Assembly: GCF_009914755.1 (NCBI RefSeq)
Contig: NC_060925.1
DNA from: the human T2T-CHM13v2.0 reference genome, Homo sapiens
Length of the DNA: 64,000 bases
Strand: one strand, 5' to 3'
The first letter of the stretch is position 1, and each line of letters opens with the position of its first letter. This document shows positions 13,311 through 28,339 of the stretch, in pieces. Under the pieces are notes generated by a model, which was not told the origin of the DNA, did no database searches, and saw nothing but the letters and a program-made list of their open reading frames with translations. A program made the translations under genes and the position numbers.

Positions 13311-14529
13311 TAGACAATGATACTTTTCCACAGATTTTTATAAGAACTTTTTTGAAAACTAGAAAAGGTATCTGCTCAATAAAATTACTATGGAACTATT
13401 TCCTCTATAAAAATACACACCCTTGGGCCAGTAACACTGTAAAGACTCCTTGGGTTTCCTCCCCTTGGACTCTTCAGAGCTCTTCAGTTCAGGGCTCTTT
13501 TCTATGTCATCATGTTGCCATCAAACTTTCATTACATGTATTTGTGTCCTGGCTGAGAAACACAAAGGGATAGAGAATAAGTGCCAGCATATATCACTGT
13601 TCCTTACATTTGGCAGATCCTTATTAAATTGTTGAGATAGGAATGAAAGGAAAATGGGGAGTGCATCAAAAACAACCTTTATTCATAGTTTTTCAAGAGC
13701 TAGCCCAGTTGCATCACCAAAGGCCTAAAAGCCCACAGCTCTCCTTCTAGGTTTGATTGCTCCAGGTTTCTCTTTCTTCTTACTATTTAAGATATTAGAA
13801 GTAAAAAGAAAGTTTCTTAATCTAAGTTTTGCTTATAAATCTTTACTTTTGTTTGTGAAAAAAATCTATTTTTAATTTATCATCTTCCCTTGAACACCAA
13901 TAATATGGTTTACTTCAGAAGAAACATTATACATTTTCAATGCTTGATACTGAAAAAATCAGGCTACAAATTGTTTCATGCAATTATCATCACTAAAAGA
14001 TGTGGCCAAATTCCAAAGGGATGTCTTCATGGAGGACATTCCATATCAAATCTTTTCAGAGTATTTATAATTGTTTCAGTTGATGAAGGTAATAAGTAAT
14101 CTAGATGCTTTATCAAATTCCACCATTAAAACTCAACTTGCCACCGTCACTTATGTATTGAAACTTTGACTCAATGGCTTTATTTGGATATGTTTGATTG
14201 TTGACATTGGCCCTTGTGAAGAAATACGTTAAACAGATTGGTATGCCAGGGTACAGTCTTGCAGCTAGCCCTCTCACCTTCCTCAAAAAGTTCAATTCAC
14301 TTAAAGCCAGTTAGAAGATTAGTTTATCCTGTAAGACTCTGATAAAAGTTTTAAAGCCATAATAGGTCATTTAATTTATTTTTCAAATCTTTTTTCAATT
14401 TTTTTTTCATTTTAATATGACTCTGTATTACTTTCCAGAATAATGACTTCAGTTCTGCTACTTAATAAACCTGTATTTCCCATTACAATTGCCTTTGAAT
14501 TTTAGACTTAGTACCTTTGGAATTACCAC

Positions 14530-14670
14530 ATTCATCCCCTTTGTTTCACAGTACAGAAAACTGAAAACAGATAATTTAAGTGATTTGCTCAACTCTTACA
14601 GCATGTCAATGGCAGAACTGAGGCTAGATCCGAGGAGTCTTCTGACTCCTGGGCCCAGTGCTCTTTTCAT
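14530..14670 (-). mobile_element. MIR
   Basis: gaaaactgaaaacagataatttaagtgatttgctcaa...tctgactcctgggcccagtgctcttt. Confidence 0.7.
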
Positions 14671-15229
14671 TAGGAAGTGAAACTACTCTTAAGCTTATTA
14701 TACCTGTCTGTGGCCCCATGCTCACTTCCATGAGAATTTACTGTCAGGGAAGCAAGACACTCAAATATGGATGAGAACCTTAGATATAATAAAAATATTT
14801 ATGTTTATTGTATCTGTAAATTCTTGCCCACACTTGGTTAAATATTAGGAAAATAAACTTTTTGAAGTATGGAAATTTCCCCCATACACATGTAGCACTT
14901 TTAGGATATCACATGTCTAAACATCAAGAGAGTACAAGACCAGGGAGCCGATATTAACTGTCACACACATGAAAGAGCACAGAGCAAAGTAATTTCCTGA
15001 TGGCTGCACCAAATTGGCAAGCTTTAAACTTCCTTTCCTCATGTCTTCATCATCTCATCAATGGTCTAGATGTGCATTTATTCAACTATGTTTTTTCTTG
15101 CCAAAACAGAAATGCACATGCCATAGTCTCAAGATCTTCCTGGAAACCCATAGAGCTAACCCTAGATATGGCAGTGTGTGCAGCACCAGGCCCAAGGGAA
15201 TTCATCCAAATGTTTAAAATGCTAGGCTC

Positions 15230-15415
15230 ACCAGGCATGATGGCTGACATCTGTAATCCCAGCTACTCAGGGGGCTGAGCTGGGAGGAGAGCTTGAACCA
15301 AGGAATTCTAGGTTATAGTAAGCTATGATTGCACCACTGCACTCCAGCCTGGACCACAGAGTGAGACCTCATCTCTAAAAAAAGGAAAAGAAGAGGAAAA
15401 AAAATGGAAAGGAAA
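15230..15415 (+). mobile_element. FRAM / AluJ right monomer with GA-rich tail
   Basis: ctgtaatcccagctactcagggggctgag...gcaccactgcactccagcctgg; TSD aaaatgcta. Confidence 0.85.
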
Positions 15416-15653
15416 GAAAATGCTATAGAGTCAGGGAGACATTGATTCAGTGCCAGACTGCCTTCAGGAACAGTTTGTGTCTTCCCTTCCCAATTGCCTG
15501 TCCTGCAAACTTTGGGCTTCATTATCAGACAAGGAAATAATAGCCTCATACAAATTGTGCACTCAGTTCCCATAATTGCACAAGGTTAAAGCTCTAAAAT
15601 AAATAAATCCTTTTATACTATGTATGTGTATTGATTTTTATGTATTAAGGAAT

Positions 15654-15680
15654 ACACACACACACACACACACACACACA
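15654..15680. repeat. (CA)n microsatellite
   Basis: About 13 AC units. Confidence 0.95.
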
Positions 15681-15809
15681 TAATCAGTGAGCACCTAAAG
15701 GACTTCGAGGAAACTGCTAGCAAAAGCCAGATGTGCAAAAGCCTGATGTGCTTTAGTTTAAGCAGGCTTTGAATGAGAGTTTAAAAGGAAGTAAGTGATT
15801 AAACTTTGA

Positions 15810-16362
15810 CCCATCCAGACAATAAAGTATTAATCGGTGCTAAAAAGAAATGAACTATCAAGCCATGAAAAGGCATGGAGGAACCTTAAATGCATATTAC
15901 TAAGAAGTGAAAGAAGCCGATCTGAAAGGGGTACATACTGTGTGATTCCAACTATATGACTTTCTGAGAAAGGCAAAACTATGGCGACAGTAAAAAGATC
16001 AGTGGTTTCCAGGCACTGAAGAGACGAGGGATGAATGGGCAGAGCACAAAGGATTTTTAAGGTAGCAAAAGTACTCCTTATGATACTATAATGGTGGATA
16101 CATACCACTATACGTTTGTCCAAACCTGCAAAATGTATAACACTAAGAATGAACCCGAATGTAAACTGTGGATTTTGGGTGATAATGATGTATCAATGGA
16201 GGTTCACTGATTGCAGCAAATGTACCACCCTGGTGCTGGCGGTTGATAGTCGGGGAAGCTGTGGATTTGTGGCAGCAGTGGATATATGGGAAATCTCAAC
16301 TTTCTGCCCAATTTTGCTGTGAACCTAAAACTGCTCTAAAAATAAAGTCTATTTTAAAAAGA
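15810..16362 (+). mobile_element. L1MC1-like 3' end
   Basis: gaactatcaagccatgaaaaggcatggaggaaccttaaatgcatattactaag...ttttgctgtgaacctaaaactgctctaaaaataaagtct. Confidence 0.85.
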
Positions 16363-16364
16363 AA

Positions 16365-18410
16365 ATAGTGAGAAAATGTTATGGAAAACTGGAGGAAATG
16401 GTTTCCTTTTTATATAGTGGCAGAAAATTTATTAGCATTGTTGCCTATAGTAATGGACAAAGTAAAAACATGTACCTGATGGACTAGATGACCAAGCCCC
16501 AGGAGATTTCCAGGCAGGGTGCTAAAAGTGCCACCTGGCTTCTTTTTGCTGCTTACAGTAAAATGTGAGAGGAATGATGAGATAAAGAAAAAAATCAGAT
16601 GTAAAGAATCCAGGACTTGCTGAGTTCAAAAATAAAACTGTTCTCATTCTCAGCACTTCCAAGATTCTCAAATTAAGAAATAACTTCAGAGCAAAAACCA
16701 AATCCAATGGAGAACTATTAAATCCTTTGTTAAAACCTTAGAAAGATCTAATACAGCCCCTGAGAAAACCATTCAGTCAGACAAAAGGCCTTCTAAGACT
16801 CCAAAAGTAAGCCTCACAAATTCACTCCTTTAAAGAAAAATCCCTCTCAGACTCTTAAAGGTGATATTCGTCAGTCACCTTGCAGGAAGATCATGGTAAA
16901 GAGGGTATCTCTTGAAAAAAAAAAAAAAAGTATATATGTGACTTTCGTCTAATGGAGTGGTCTATAAATTAGTTCATTTTAAAATACGAAATTGTTTTAA
17001 AGAATTATATCTTCTTGGATTTAAAGGAACTGAAACAGTACAAAATGAGAAGGCTTTGGTTCCCTAAACCTCTATGGACAAGAAGCAGGTTTAGAAAACC
17101 ACTCGTCTGCAGATACAGGCCATTTCTAATGAGAAAGGAAGGAAGACTCAGAAGATAGAACGAGGCCGGGCATGGTGGCTCACGCCTGTAATCCCAGCAC
17201 TTTGGGAGGCCGAGGCGGGTGGATCACCTGAGGTCAGGAGTTTGAGACCAGCATGGCCAACGTGGTAAAGACCCATCTCTACTAAAAATACAAAAATTAG
17301 TTGAGTGTGGTGGTGGGCACCTGTAATCCCAGCCACTCAGCAGGCTGAGGCAGAGAATCACTTGAACCCAGGAGGTGGAGGTTGCAGTGAGCCGAGATCA
17401 CTCCACTGTACTCCAGCCTGGGTGACAGAGCAAGACTCCACCTCAAAAAAAAATAAAATAAATAAAAATAAAAAAGAAGATAGAACCAAGAGCTTAGAGA
17501 GCAGAGGTAAGAACCTTAAAGAATCATTCTAAGGCAGCAGGATTGAGCCTGAATTAAGGACTTGGCAACATGTGCCTGGTTAGATTTCAGAACTGCCATG
17601 GACCAGTGACTGCTGTGTGACTCCTATTCTCTCCCTTTCTGAAGAAAGTGGAATGCTACTACCCTACACCTTTCCTGTAATTTAGGGGTGCTGGTTGTAT
17701 GAGGAACAGATAACTTGTCTCCATAGTTCACAGGTCTCCAGATCTAGAGGATCAATATTCAAGGAGCTATACCCAGATCTGATTTAGGTGACCCAATCTT
17801 GGACTTTAAGCTGATACTGTAATGGCATGAGACTTGGTGGCCTTGAGGAAGGAGATAAGTATATATTTTTAAGTAGGAGGAACATGAATCACTGGGGGCC
17901 ATAGGGTGGACTAGGGTATTCAGTCTCAAAAATGGCCTCCAATGATCCTCCCCTCCATGTACTCATGCCCTTTTACAGTTCCCTCTTCTAATGTGTCAAG
18001 GCTGCCCTTGTGTGACCAGTACAACAGGGCAGAAGTGACAGTCTGTGACTTCTAAGACTTAGTCATAAGAAGCATTTCAGCTTTTGTCTTAGTATCTCAG
18101 TTCATTCACTCTAGGAAAAGTCAGCTATTTTACCATGAGGAGACTCAAACAATCCATGGAGATTCCCATGACAAGAGGAACTGAAGCCCCTGGCCAATAG
18201 TTACATGAGTAAGCTGCCTTGGAAGTGGATCTTCCACCCTATATCAAGCCTTCAGATGATGGCAGCCCCACGTGACATCTGACTACAATATCACAAGATG
18301 CTCCGAAATGCTTGACCCACAAAACCAAAAGAGATAATAAGCGATTATTACTAATTTAAGCCACTAAGTTTAAATTAGCAACCCACAGAGCAATAAATAA
18401 CAAATATAGC
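16365..18410 (+). mobile_element. MLT1 (MaLR) internal sequence plus 3' LTR (LTR ~17912-18410), interrupted by an Alu
   Basis: MaLR-int motifs (aggagatttccaggcag; ggactttaagctgatactgtaatgg; catgaatcactgggggccatagggtggac), followed by an MLT1F/G-like LTR (aaaatggcctccaatgatcc...aagccttcagatgatggcagcccc...taagccactaagttt). Confidence 0.72.
17164..17475 (+). mobile_element. AluSx
   Basis: Full dimer with ggatcacctgaggtcaggag; TSD gaagatagaac. Confidence 0.95.
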
Positions 18411-18493
18411 AAGGTTAAAAAGTTAGGAGATCATGGGGGAAAAAACTCTATCTACTATGATAGATAGCACCTCTCTGATATGATTAACAATAA

Positions 18494-18944
<451 letters not shown>

Positions 18945-19019
18945 AGTCATCCATATTTTTATGATCAAATACTCTGAATAATTATATGGTGTTTATATAT
19001 TTATTCTCACCTACCTTAC

Positions 19020-19150
19020 GTTTAATTCTCACATTAACCCTGTGAGATGGCTATTACAGATGAAGAAGCTGTGACTTGAAAATTTTGCCTAAGGTCACAG
19101 TGAGAAAACGGCCGAGCCAGGAATAAAATTCAGGTCTTCTGATTCAACGC
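19020..19150 (-). mobile_element. MIR
   Basis: aaccctgtgagatgg..tacagatgaagaagctg..ttgcctaaggtcacag. Confidence 0.65.
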
Positions 19151-20548
19151 ATGGCTTTCCTTCCTTTGGTCACAGTTTCCTTGTGGTGGACACAGAAGAA
19201 ATGCTAAGTCCTGCAATTCAACCTTCTCAGAACATAAACCCTTGCTTCAAATCCTCATGGAGGTCATGGGTGTTTCAGTGAAAGAAAGGTAGAATGTGGA
19301 TAGTGGGAGGAGAGGGCTTATTCCTCTCAAGGGCCACAGAATAAATCATAAGCAAAGCTTCAAGTGGGAAGCACAGCATATTTAGGAAACAAAAATGAGA
19401 CTACTTGGATCCAACAAAAGATCCAAAGTTGACTCCGAAAGAACTAGAGGTGAGGTATGTTGGAGGCTGATGTGAGGAATGAGCTGGACATTGTATGTAA
19501 TGGAAAGTCACTGGAGATTTCAGAAAAGGCAGTGACCCACAGAATGTGTATTCACAGAGGTAAGACCCTCTTCCAGAGTCTAGCATAAATACTGGCATAC
19601 CTCTTTTATCTTTCCAGTTAGTTGCTGGAAACAGCATCTGCCCTAGTAGGAGTCTAGCATTTTTCTCCTAAAGATAGCATCCCATCCTAACCCTGAATTG
19701 TGCAAGAATTCCAGGGGCTTTGATAATTCAATTCAGGGCTCAGTTGTTCTTCCAAAAGTTAGGAAAAGGGAGAGAATGGAAGGCCCCTGTCCATTAGCAC
19801 CATAGCATGGTTCATAATCGCAGAGTTCCTGCACCACCTATGAGACAATTGTTCACTGCTAAGGTGATGCCCACGCTGCACCACATCACAAGCATGGCCA
19901 CACGGCCTCCCATACTCTCATTTCAAGCTTATTTCTCTTTAATTTCCAATGCTTACTCATTATTTCCAGTCAGGGCAGCTGGATCCAAGAGGGCATCCAC
20001 CACACACTGTTTGGAATCAGTCACCGCCCTCCTTTGGCTCTTAGCCCATGTGTGGAACCAAATCCCTAGCCATTCAGCCCTTCCCTTGAGTGGAGGCCAA
20101 TAGGACCTATCCCACCAGGCAGTTCTGAGAATCAAGTGTGTCAATATATGTAAAGGATCTGCATTGTCTGGTGCATAGCAAGTTTTCCCTAAATGTTATT
20201 GTTACTATTATTTTACGTTTGAGAATGCCTACGGAGTGCTGGAAAACTTCTCACAGGTACAAGCTAAGCATACTATTATTTTCAAAACGATTTTTGGCTC
20301 TTAATAGCACCTTAGAACTAAAATTTGGTCCCTAGCCCTTTCCTATGGCAAACACTGAGCACCATCAAAAAGGCAAATACCTATGCTTAGGTAGTGATTA
20401 AAGGTGAGAATGAATGAATCAGGATCTCCAATCCACACTAAGCAATATGTGTTATAAATAGGCCTTGTAATAGAGTCAGCAAGTCAAAGCAGGACAACTC
20501 TGTGAAGAAAAAGAAGACAAATTATTGTTTTAAAAAAAAAAAACAATA

Positions 20549-21059
20549 GTTAATCCTCAGGAACTATCCTTTGCGGAGGTCATTACTGCTACAGTGGGAC
20601 GGTAATTAAAAAAAAAAAAGTAGGTCCATTTCAAAGTCAGCATGTACAGTATAGAACACTGTGGCCTGAGTGATCACCCATCCAGATTTATATGTATAAA
20701 ATATAGGTACAATTAAGACACTAAAAGTGTTTATAGGACTTAAAACTTTGCATACAACGCCCTTTTCTTATCCTGTATTCCAAACTTCACCCAAATTCTG
20801 CACATTAAGTATATATCAATGAAACTAAAAAAGAGTATTACTTTATGCCCAGTTTCTCTGCCATTAAGAACCACAAAAGGTACTAGGATGGGACAAGTTT
20901 CCTCAGAATAATCTGGATGGGTGAGCACTCAGGCCACAGTCTTCTATACTGCTCACACGGTCTTTGAAATGGGCCTGCTTTTTTTTTTTTTTTTTTTTTC
21001 AATTATCATCTCACAGTAACAGTAATGACCTCCGCAAAGGATAGTTCCTGAGGATTAAC
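20549..21059. repeat. Long inverted repeat: arms 20549-20688 and 20910-21059, 221-bp spacer
   Basis: The arms are reverse complements. The outer 40 bp are identical; there are ~15 mismatches over 128 non-homopolymer positions, with A12 opposite T21. Confidence 0.95.
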
Positions 21060-22651
21060 CACTTGGAAGCGGGGAGGATTTTAGGCGATATCAGCACTTC
21101 CTCCTCCTCTTCAGGAAATGCCAGGCCTTTACTTATGCAGAACTGCCAAAGTAATTTCGTTTCTAATTAGCCTCAACTCCCCACTTTTACCTGTGCACTG
21201 AAACCATAGTTTAACTAAAAAACAGTATTCCCAATTCTTCCCCCTCTGTTTCCCAAGTCTGTTCTGCATCACCAAGACAGTGATATATAGTGCTGAGAAA
21301 ACTTGAAGAAAATTATCATTTCTCTTTTATGAAGAATTTATTTTCCTTCATTGGAGCTTTTTAGTAACACATCATGACTCTTTTCTGTAGTTGTTTCACC
21401 AGGTTTCAGTAAAGCTGCCTTGGTAATGAAGAAAGCAATACTATAATCAAATGTGACCGTGGGTGTCTGTCAGTCATATGGAAACAAAGAGGAACCTTCT
21501 GGAAAATAATACAAAAGGTAGTGAGTTCCCTGTGCGGGTAATTTGCCTCCAGGCCCCTAATCCCCCTCCGAGAGAGCATTGCCTTGCCTGGGCACTGGGT
21601 CTAGCACCTGTCGCTCTACGGCTCCACAGGACTCACTGAAAGATGCATGTGACTGAGGGCATCTGTTCTCCCACACTCTGGCTATGGTGACTGACCAGCT
21701 ATGAAACAGGGATGACTAACAAAGAATGGAAGGCCCCATGTTTCGGCAGGCGTTTTAAATTTCAGGGAAATATCTGTGAGCTGGAAAGGAAATGCTGGGG
21801 TCCTGCACCTGATGAGCAGCTGATCACGCTCTCAATGTCATCATTATGGTGTGTCATCTAAGAGACGGAATTGAAATAGCTAGACTCTCTGGAACCAAAA
21901 GGTCAGACTCAGGCAAAATTAGCTTAGCTTGCTATATGGGTATGACTGTAATCCTTTGCGCTCCCCGGAGTACTTTATGGTCAAGGATCTTGGGGAGAGT
22001 TTGCCAACAATTAATCTCAGTAGAGGCCTGTGGGTTTCAGGACAAATCATATTACTCATTTACCTCTTTCTCATCCATAGCATACTCTCACATGTTGCTG
22101 CTTGCAGGGACTGAGTCTATCAAAACATATGTAGTAATATTACACCTTTTAACAAGTGATCCTATTGAGGATTCAGTGGTCCGTGCTGAGTCCGAAAGTG
22201 GAAAAGCACATAGCAGAGCTGGCCGTGAAGCAATGCCTTGACCAAGAGTGGGAAATGCACCAACATCTTGCCACCAAACTGCCCACCAGCCCCAGTTAGG
22301 GGCTTGAAATCCACACACCCAGAAAGCGGGTCTGAGACAGAACTGCCTTCTGTGAAATGTGCTATAAGCAGAATACTATTTTAGGTTCAAATCATAGTCC
22401 TGTGACTACAAAAAGGGAGAGAGAGAGATTAACCAAACAAAAGGGATAATTCCACAATCATGGTGAAAATGGCACAATTTTATCAGGAAAATTATCAGTA
22501 GTTTTTAATTGCCTGAAAGGAGACTCACAGAATCACAAGATTTTAGAGCAGGGAGCGGTCTTGGATATTATCTAGATCAATTTTTTTATTCTACCGAAAT
22601 AAAAATGTAGTCTAATATATTTTCCTCAACAACCCACCAGTTAGAACAGGC

Positions 22652-22961
<310 letters not shown>

Positions 22962-23174
22962 CAGGCTTCCATTGAAGGGGAGGGAGCCAGGCAGATCCGA
23001 GGGGTGCATAAGGCACTTCTTGAGGAGGGCAGACCTCTGTGGGATTCCCCATGAGCAAACCCAATGCTAGGATCAAGATGCTGAAAAGAGAAATGAGAGT
23101 ACTGGAAGGGCAAATAGAAGCAAAGCAAATATGACATTGCTTCACTTCCCAAGTTCTACTAGACTTTAAATTCC

Positions 23175-23612
<438 letters not shown>

Positions 23613-24369
23613 TCAACAAATTGAAATCTGATTCTGAATAAAATTGCCACATGCATTTCTGGGGAGCCTTGAAAGTACTCCTATAAAAGGTAGCAATATA
23701 CACTGCCCTTTGTTAAAGGCAGGTCTTTGTCCCATGTTCTCTCATAATAATGTTAAATAACACATGAATGCATAGAGAATGAATGAAACCTCTCTTGGGG
23801 GAGGCAGGAGGTCCTACAAGCTATTCCATTTGAGTTTAGAACAGTAAAATATATCACTAAGGTATGTGCTATATGACAATTAATGAGTATCATTTTCTAA
23901 ACTTTCTGAGAATGCTATAGTCTCACTCTGCTTCTCAAAATTCCTTTCACAGTTGGCTCTATGGAAGTTTACATTCTGCACTATTCTTAGCTCTCGCAGC
24001 TGGAGAATCCCGGGGAGTCCTCAATGCCAAATTCCAGGACATGAAGCTAATACCACTGTTTCAAACTTCTCTTTTTAAAATAAATGCATGATTTTGGAAG
24101 ATTTTAGTTATCAAAAGAACGCTACATTTAAATGTAATGTAGACTAAAAGATTTTTCTATTGCAAAATCTTAAAATAACAACCGTGTCAATGAAAGCTTA
24201 CATTATGGGTGGTAGTGGGGACGATAATATATCTATTTTTTTAATAAGCATCAGATTTAACAAATGATTTCAGTATCAAAATTTCAAAGAAGACTGATAT
24301 TTCACATAGTAGAACAATTTGGTCAATAAATTTAATAGACGACCCTGAATGCATGTCTCAATTTCAGAT

Positions 24370-24505
24370 TAATTCATTGATCAAATATTTACTGAGCACC
24401 TACTGTGACCCAGAACTAAATGCTTGTGAACAAAACAATCAAAAACCCTAGACTTTACGGAGTTCACACTCTAGTGGGGAGAGACAGACAGCAAAAAAAT
24501 AAACA
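24370..24505 (-). mobile_element. L2 3' end
   Basis: aaatatttactgagcacctactgtg...ctctagtggggagagacagac. Confidence 0.75.
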
Positions 24506-25110
24506 TTTTCTAAGGTGGATCTTTTTGATTTGAAAGGCAAGACTTAGGTACTGTGGACCCCACTGAAATGCTGGATGTTAACCCATGTTATCGGGTGTGA
24601 AATCCAGAAGGGAATTCTTGGAAGATACCAACAAGGATCACCAGTCCTTTCAGTCAAAGAATACTAATTGTTTAACAAAAGCACCTCAAACTTGGCAAAG
24701 CCTCAAAGTGTGACATATTCCAAAACTGTGTTCATTATTTTTTTCTTCTCCCTATTTTTTCCTTTCTAGTGACAGCAACACCTGACAGCCAGTTGTTACG
24801 AAAATACAAATCTGGCAGTCAGGCTACACTCCTCACTTTCCCATATCCATGTCCTAGAGTGCTGACATGCTCACAGTTCACTTTTCTGTCCCCACTGGGT
24901 GCTGATCCTCACTGCTGCACCTCCATCACTTTTCCCTGGGATTCTTGGAGTAGTCAACAACCACCTGTTCTCCCTGGCTCCATTAGGCACTTCTTCCACC
25001 TCCTTTTCCTCACTGTTGCCCAATGATCTTTTTGAAATGTGATTGCATCTATTTCTTATTTTAAATTTTTCAGAGGTGTCAAGTGATTCTAGGCATAAAG
25101 ATTTGGGGGA

Positions 25111-25418
25111 TGTTATTGTTGTTGTTGTTATTTGAGACAGGATCTTGCTCAGTCGCCCAGGCTGGAATACAGTGGCACAATCATGGCTTACTGTACCCTC
25201 AATTTCCCAGGCTCAAGTGGTCCTCTGGCCTCAGTCTCCCAAGTAGCTGTGACTACAGGTGTGCACCACTAAGCCCAACTAATTTTCTTTTTATTTTTTG
25301 CAGAGACAGGGTCTCATTATGTTACCCAGGTGGGTCTTAAACTCCTGAGCTCAAATGATACTCTTGCCTCAGCCTCCCAGAATACTGAGTTTACGGATGT
25401 GAGCCACCATGCCTGGCC
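25111..25418 (-). mobile_element. AluJ
   Basis: tcatggcttactgta..ggctcaagtggtcc..gagacagggtctcattatgttaccc. Confidence 0.9.
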
Positions 25419-26195
25419 TAGGATTTGTTTTCTTTTTCAGTTGAGAATTTTTTTTAGTCAAGGTAATACAGATACAAGTTTAACATTTTAAATATTACCA
25501 AAGGGTAATTTTTTGTCATTGAAACTTGAGGGTCATTTTCATGAAATGTAAGTTTTTCATTCATCCCAGTTCCCCCAGGACTCAAAAAATAAATAAATAA
25601 ATAAAAATAAACATGTTAAAAATAAAAAAAGCTATATGGTGTATTAGATGGTGACAAGCATTATGCAAAAACAGAACAGGGTAGGAAGATCTGGGTGGAG
25701 ATGCTACACTAATGTAAATAGTGTTTCCTGGGTGTACCTCATTAGGAAGGGACACTGAAGAAGGCTTAGAGCAAGTGAAGTGGGAGAGTGCTCCAGGCAA
25801 AAGCTATGCTCCTGTGCAAAGGCCCTGAAGTAGAATACGCCAGCTTGTGTGAGTAGGAGGGGAAAGGTAGTAGGGAAAAATTCAGAGATTAATGGGGGCT
25901 CAGCTTGTCCAGGATTTTGTTGGCCATTGTTAGTACTTTGGCTTTTGCTTTGTTGAAATAAAAGGTAACGAGCAAGAATGGAATCGGGGGATCAATTAGG
26001 GAGTAAGTGACAATGATTGGCTTGTACCAGGGTGTTCATAGTAGAGATGATGAGAATGCATCAGATGAAGTATATAGCTTAAAGATAGAGCAAATGGGAT
26101 TTTCTGACTAATTGGATATGGAGTATGAAAGAAAGAGAAGATTCAAGGGTAACTCTAAGAATTTGACCCAGAGCAATTAAAAAAGTAATATTGCC

Positions 26196-26542
<347 letters not shown>

Positions 26543-27060
26543 TTAGAGATCAGATGTTCCATTTTTGATATATTAAGTTTGAGATACTGATTGGCTCTTC
26601 TAGTGGAAATCTCAAGAAGTTGGTGATAAGAGACAACTGGTTCAAAGAGTTTTGCTGCAAGGGAAGGCCCAGGAATGGGGCAGTAACTGGCAGGGATAAT
26701 GGAGTCAGCAGAAAGATTTGGTTTTCATTGCATTAAGATAGGAAATCTAATAATATATTTGCATATTGGTGAAAATGTTCCCAAAAAGTGAGAAAATGAT
26801 GAAACAGGAGAGAGCAGAACTGCTGGAGCAATGATCTTTAGTAGGTAAGAAAGGATGGGATCTAGCACACAAGTGAAAAGATGACCCTTCTCTCTAAGAA
26901 GAAACAATAGAAATAAGCACAGATGTTAGATTTTATGGATGCAGACACTAGAAGATGGTAAATATGGTGGTTGGAGTCTGGAGAATTCTCTTTCAGTTGT
27001 GATTGAAGGTAATGGAGGAAGTGTTGAGGTTTTAGGAGAGCTGTGAAAATTAAAAAATTA

Positions 27061-27372
<312 letters not shown>

Positions 27373-28339
27373 TCAATGGACTAGAGAAACATAATTTCCT
27401 GGCAGCATTAAGGATGAAGCACAAAGCATCAGAGGCCCATGTGAAGTAGGTAGTGATTAATTTGCAATGGGACAAACCTATACAAATTGTACAGAGGGGC
27501 AAGATTTTCTGTTTTCTTTAGTCCTATTCAGATTCATTGGTGTAGGTATATAGCAGACAGAGAGGGAGACTTAACTTGTGGCTTTGTCAAGGAAGAAAAC
27601 TGAAGCCAAAAAAGGCAGGGAATTGAGGGTGACCCCAAGGGAGTGACTAGAATGGTTGAAAATTGAATTTAAGTTTGGTCAATAGGGACGAGAGGATGTC
27701 AAGAAGATGGACAGTTAAAAAAAATGTCAGACAGATCCTACAAGTAGTAGGATCAATGAACTGGCAATCTAGGTAGGTTCAAATTGTTGGGATCTTGGTT
27801 CCGGAAGGAGTGAGCTAGAAGAAAGGGAAGGTGGTGACAGGGTGAGAGGAGATTATGGAAAGGTTGCAATTATGAGTAATGACAAAACTCAGGACAATAA
27901 TCTTTTTGTTTACGCAGAGAACGTTGCTGTGGAGAAGAAAAATAGAGTGTGAGCAGAAGAAAATGAAAATGGATTAGACACCAAACTGCTGACAGGCTTT
28001 GCAGCTTTTCAGGAGTGGGCTGCTAAGTAGCTTCTTTGGGCATTTTGTGGGTGTGGAGAAAACAATGACAGGTGGCGGCTAGTGTAAGAACAGGAAACTA
28101 GGAAGAGCTCATTTCTCAAAAGGAACCGCCTGCAATGACTTCAACAATTAGACGTGTATTGGGTTTATAACACTCCTGTTTTAAAATGCATATAGTGTAT
28201 CAGTCATCTATGCTGCAGTATGAATTGTAATAATTAGACTATTCCAGTGTTCTCTGATCCCAAACTAAGATCTGTGCAATGAGAACTTAGGAGCTTTGAG
28301 TAGAAATATGAAAAAAGGGCATAAGAAACTTTGAGTGGT

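Noticed and set aside
20549-21059. Inverted repeat as a miRNA precursor or known MITE
   Set aside because: The 221-nt loop is far too large for a pre-miRNA, and I recognise no TSD or known TIR. Retained only as a structural finding.
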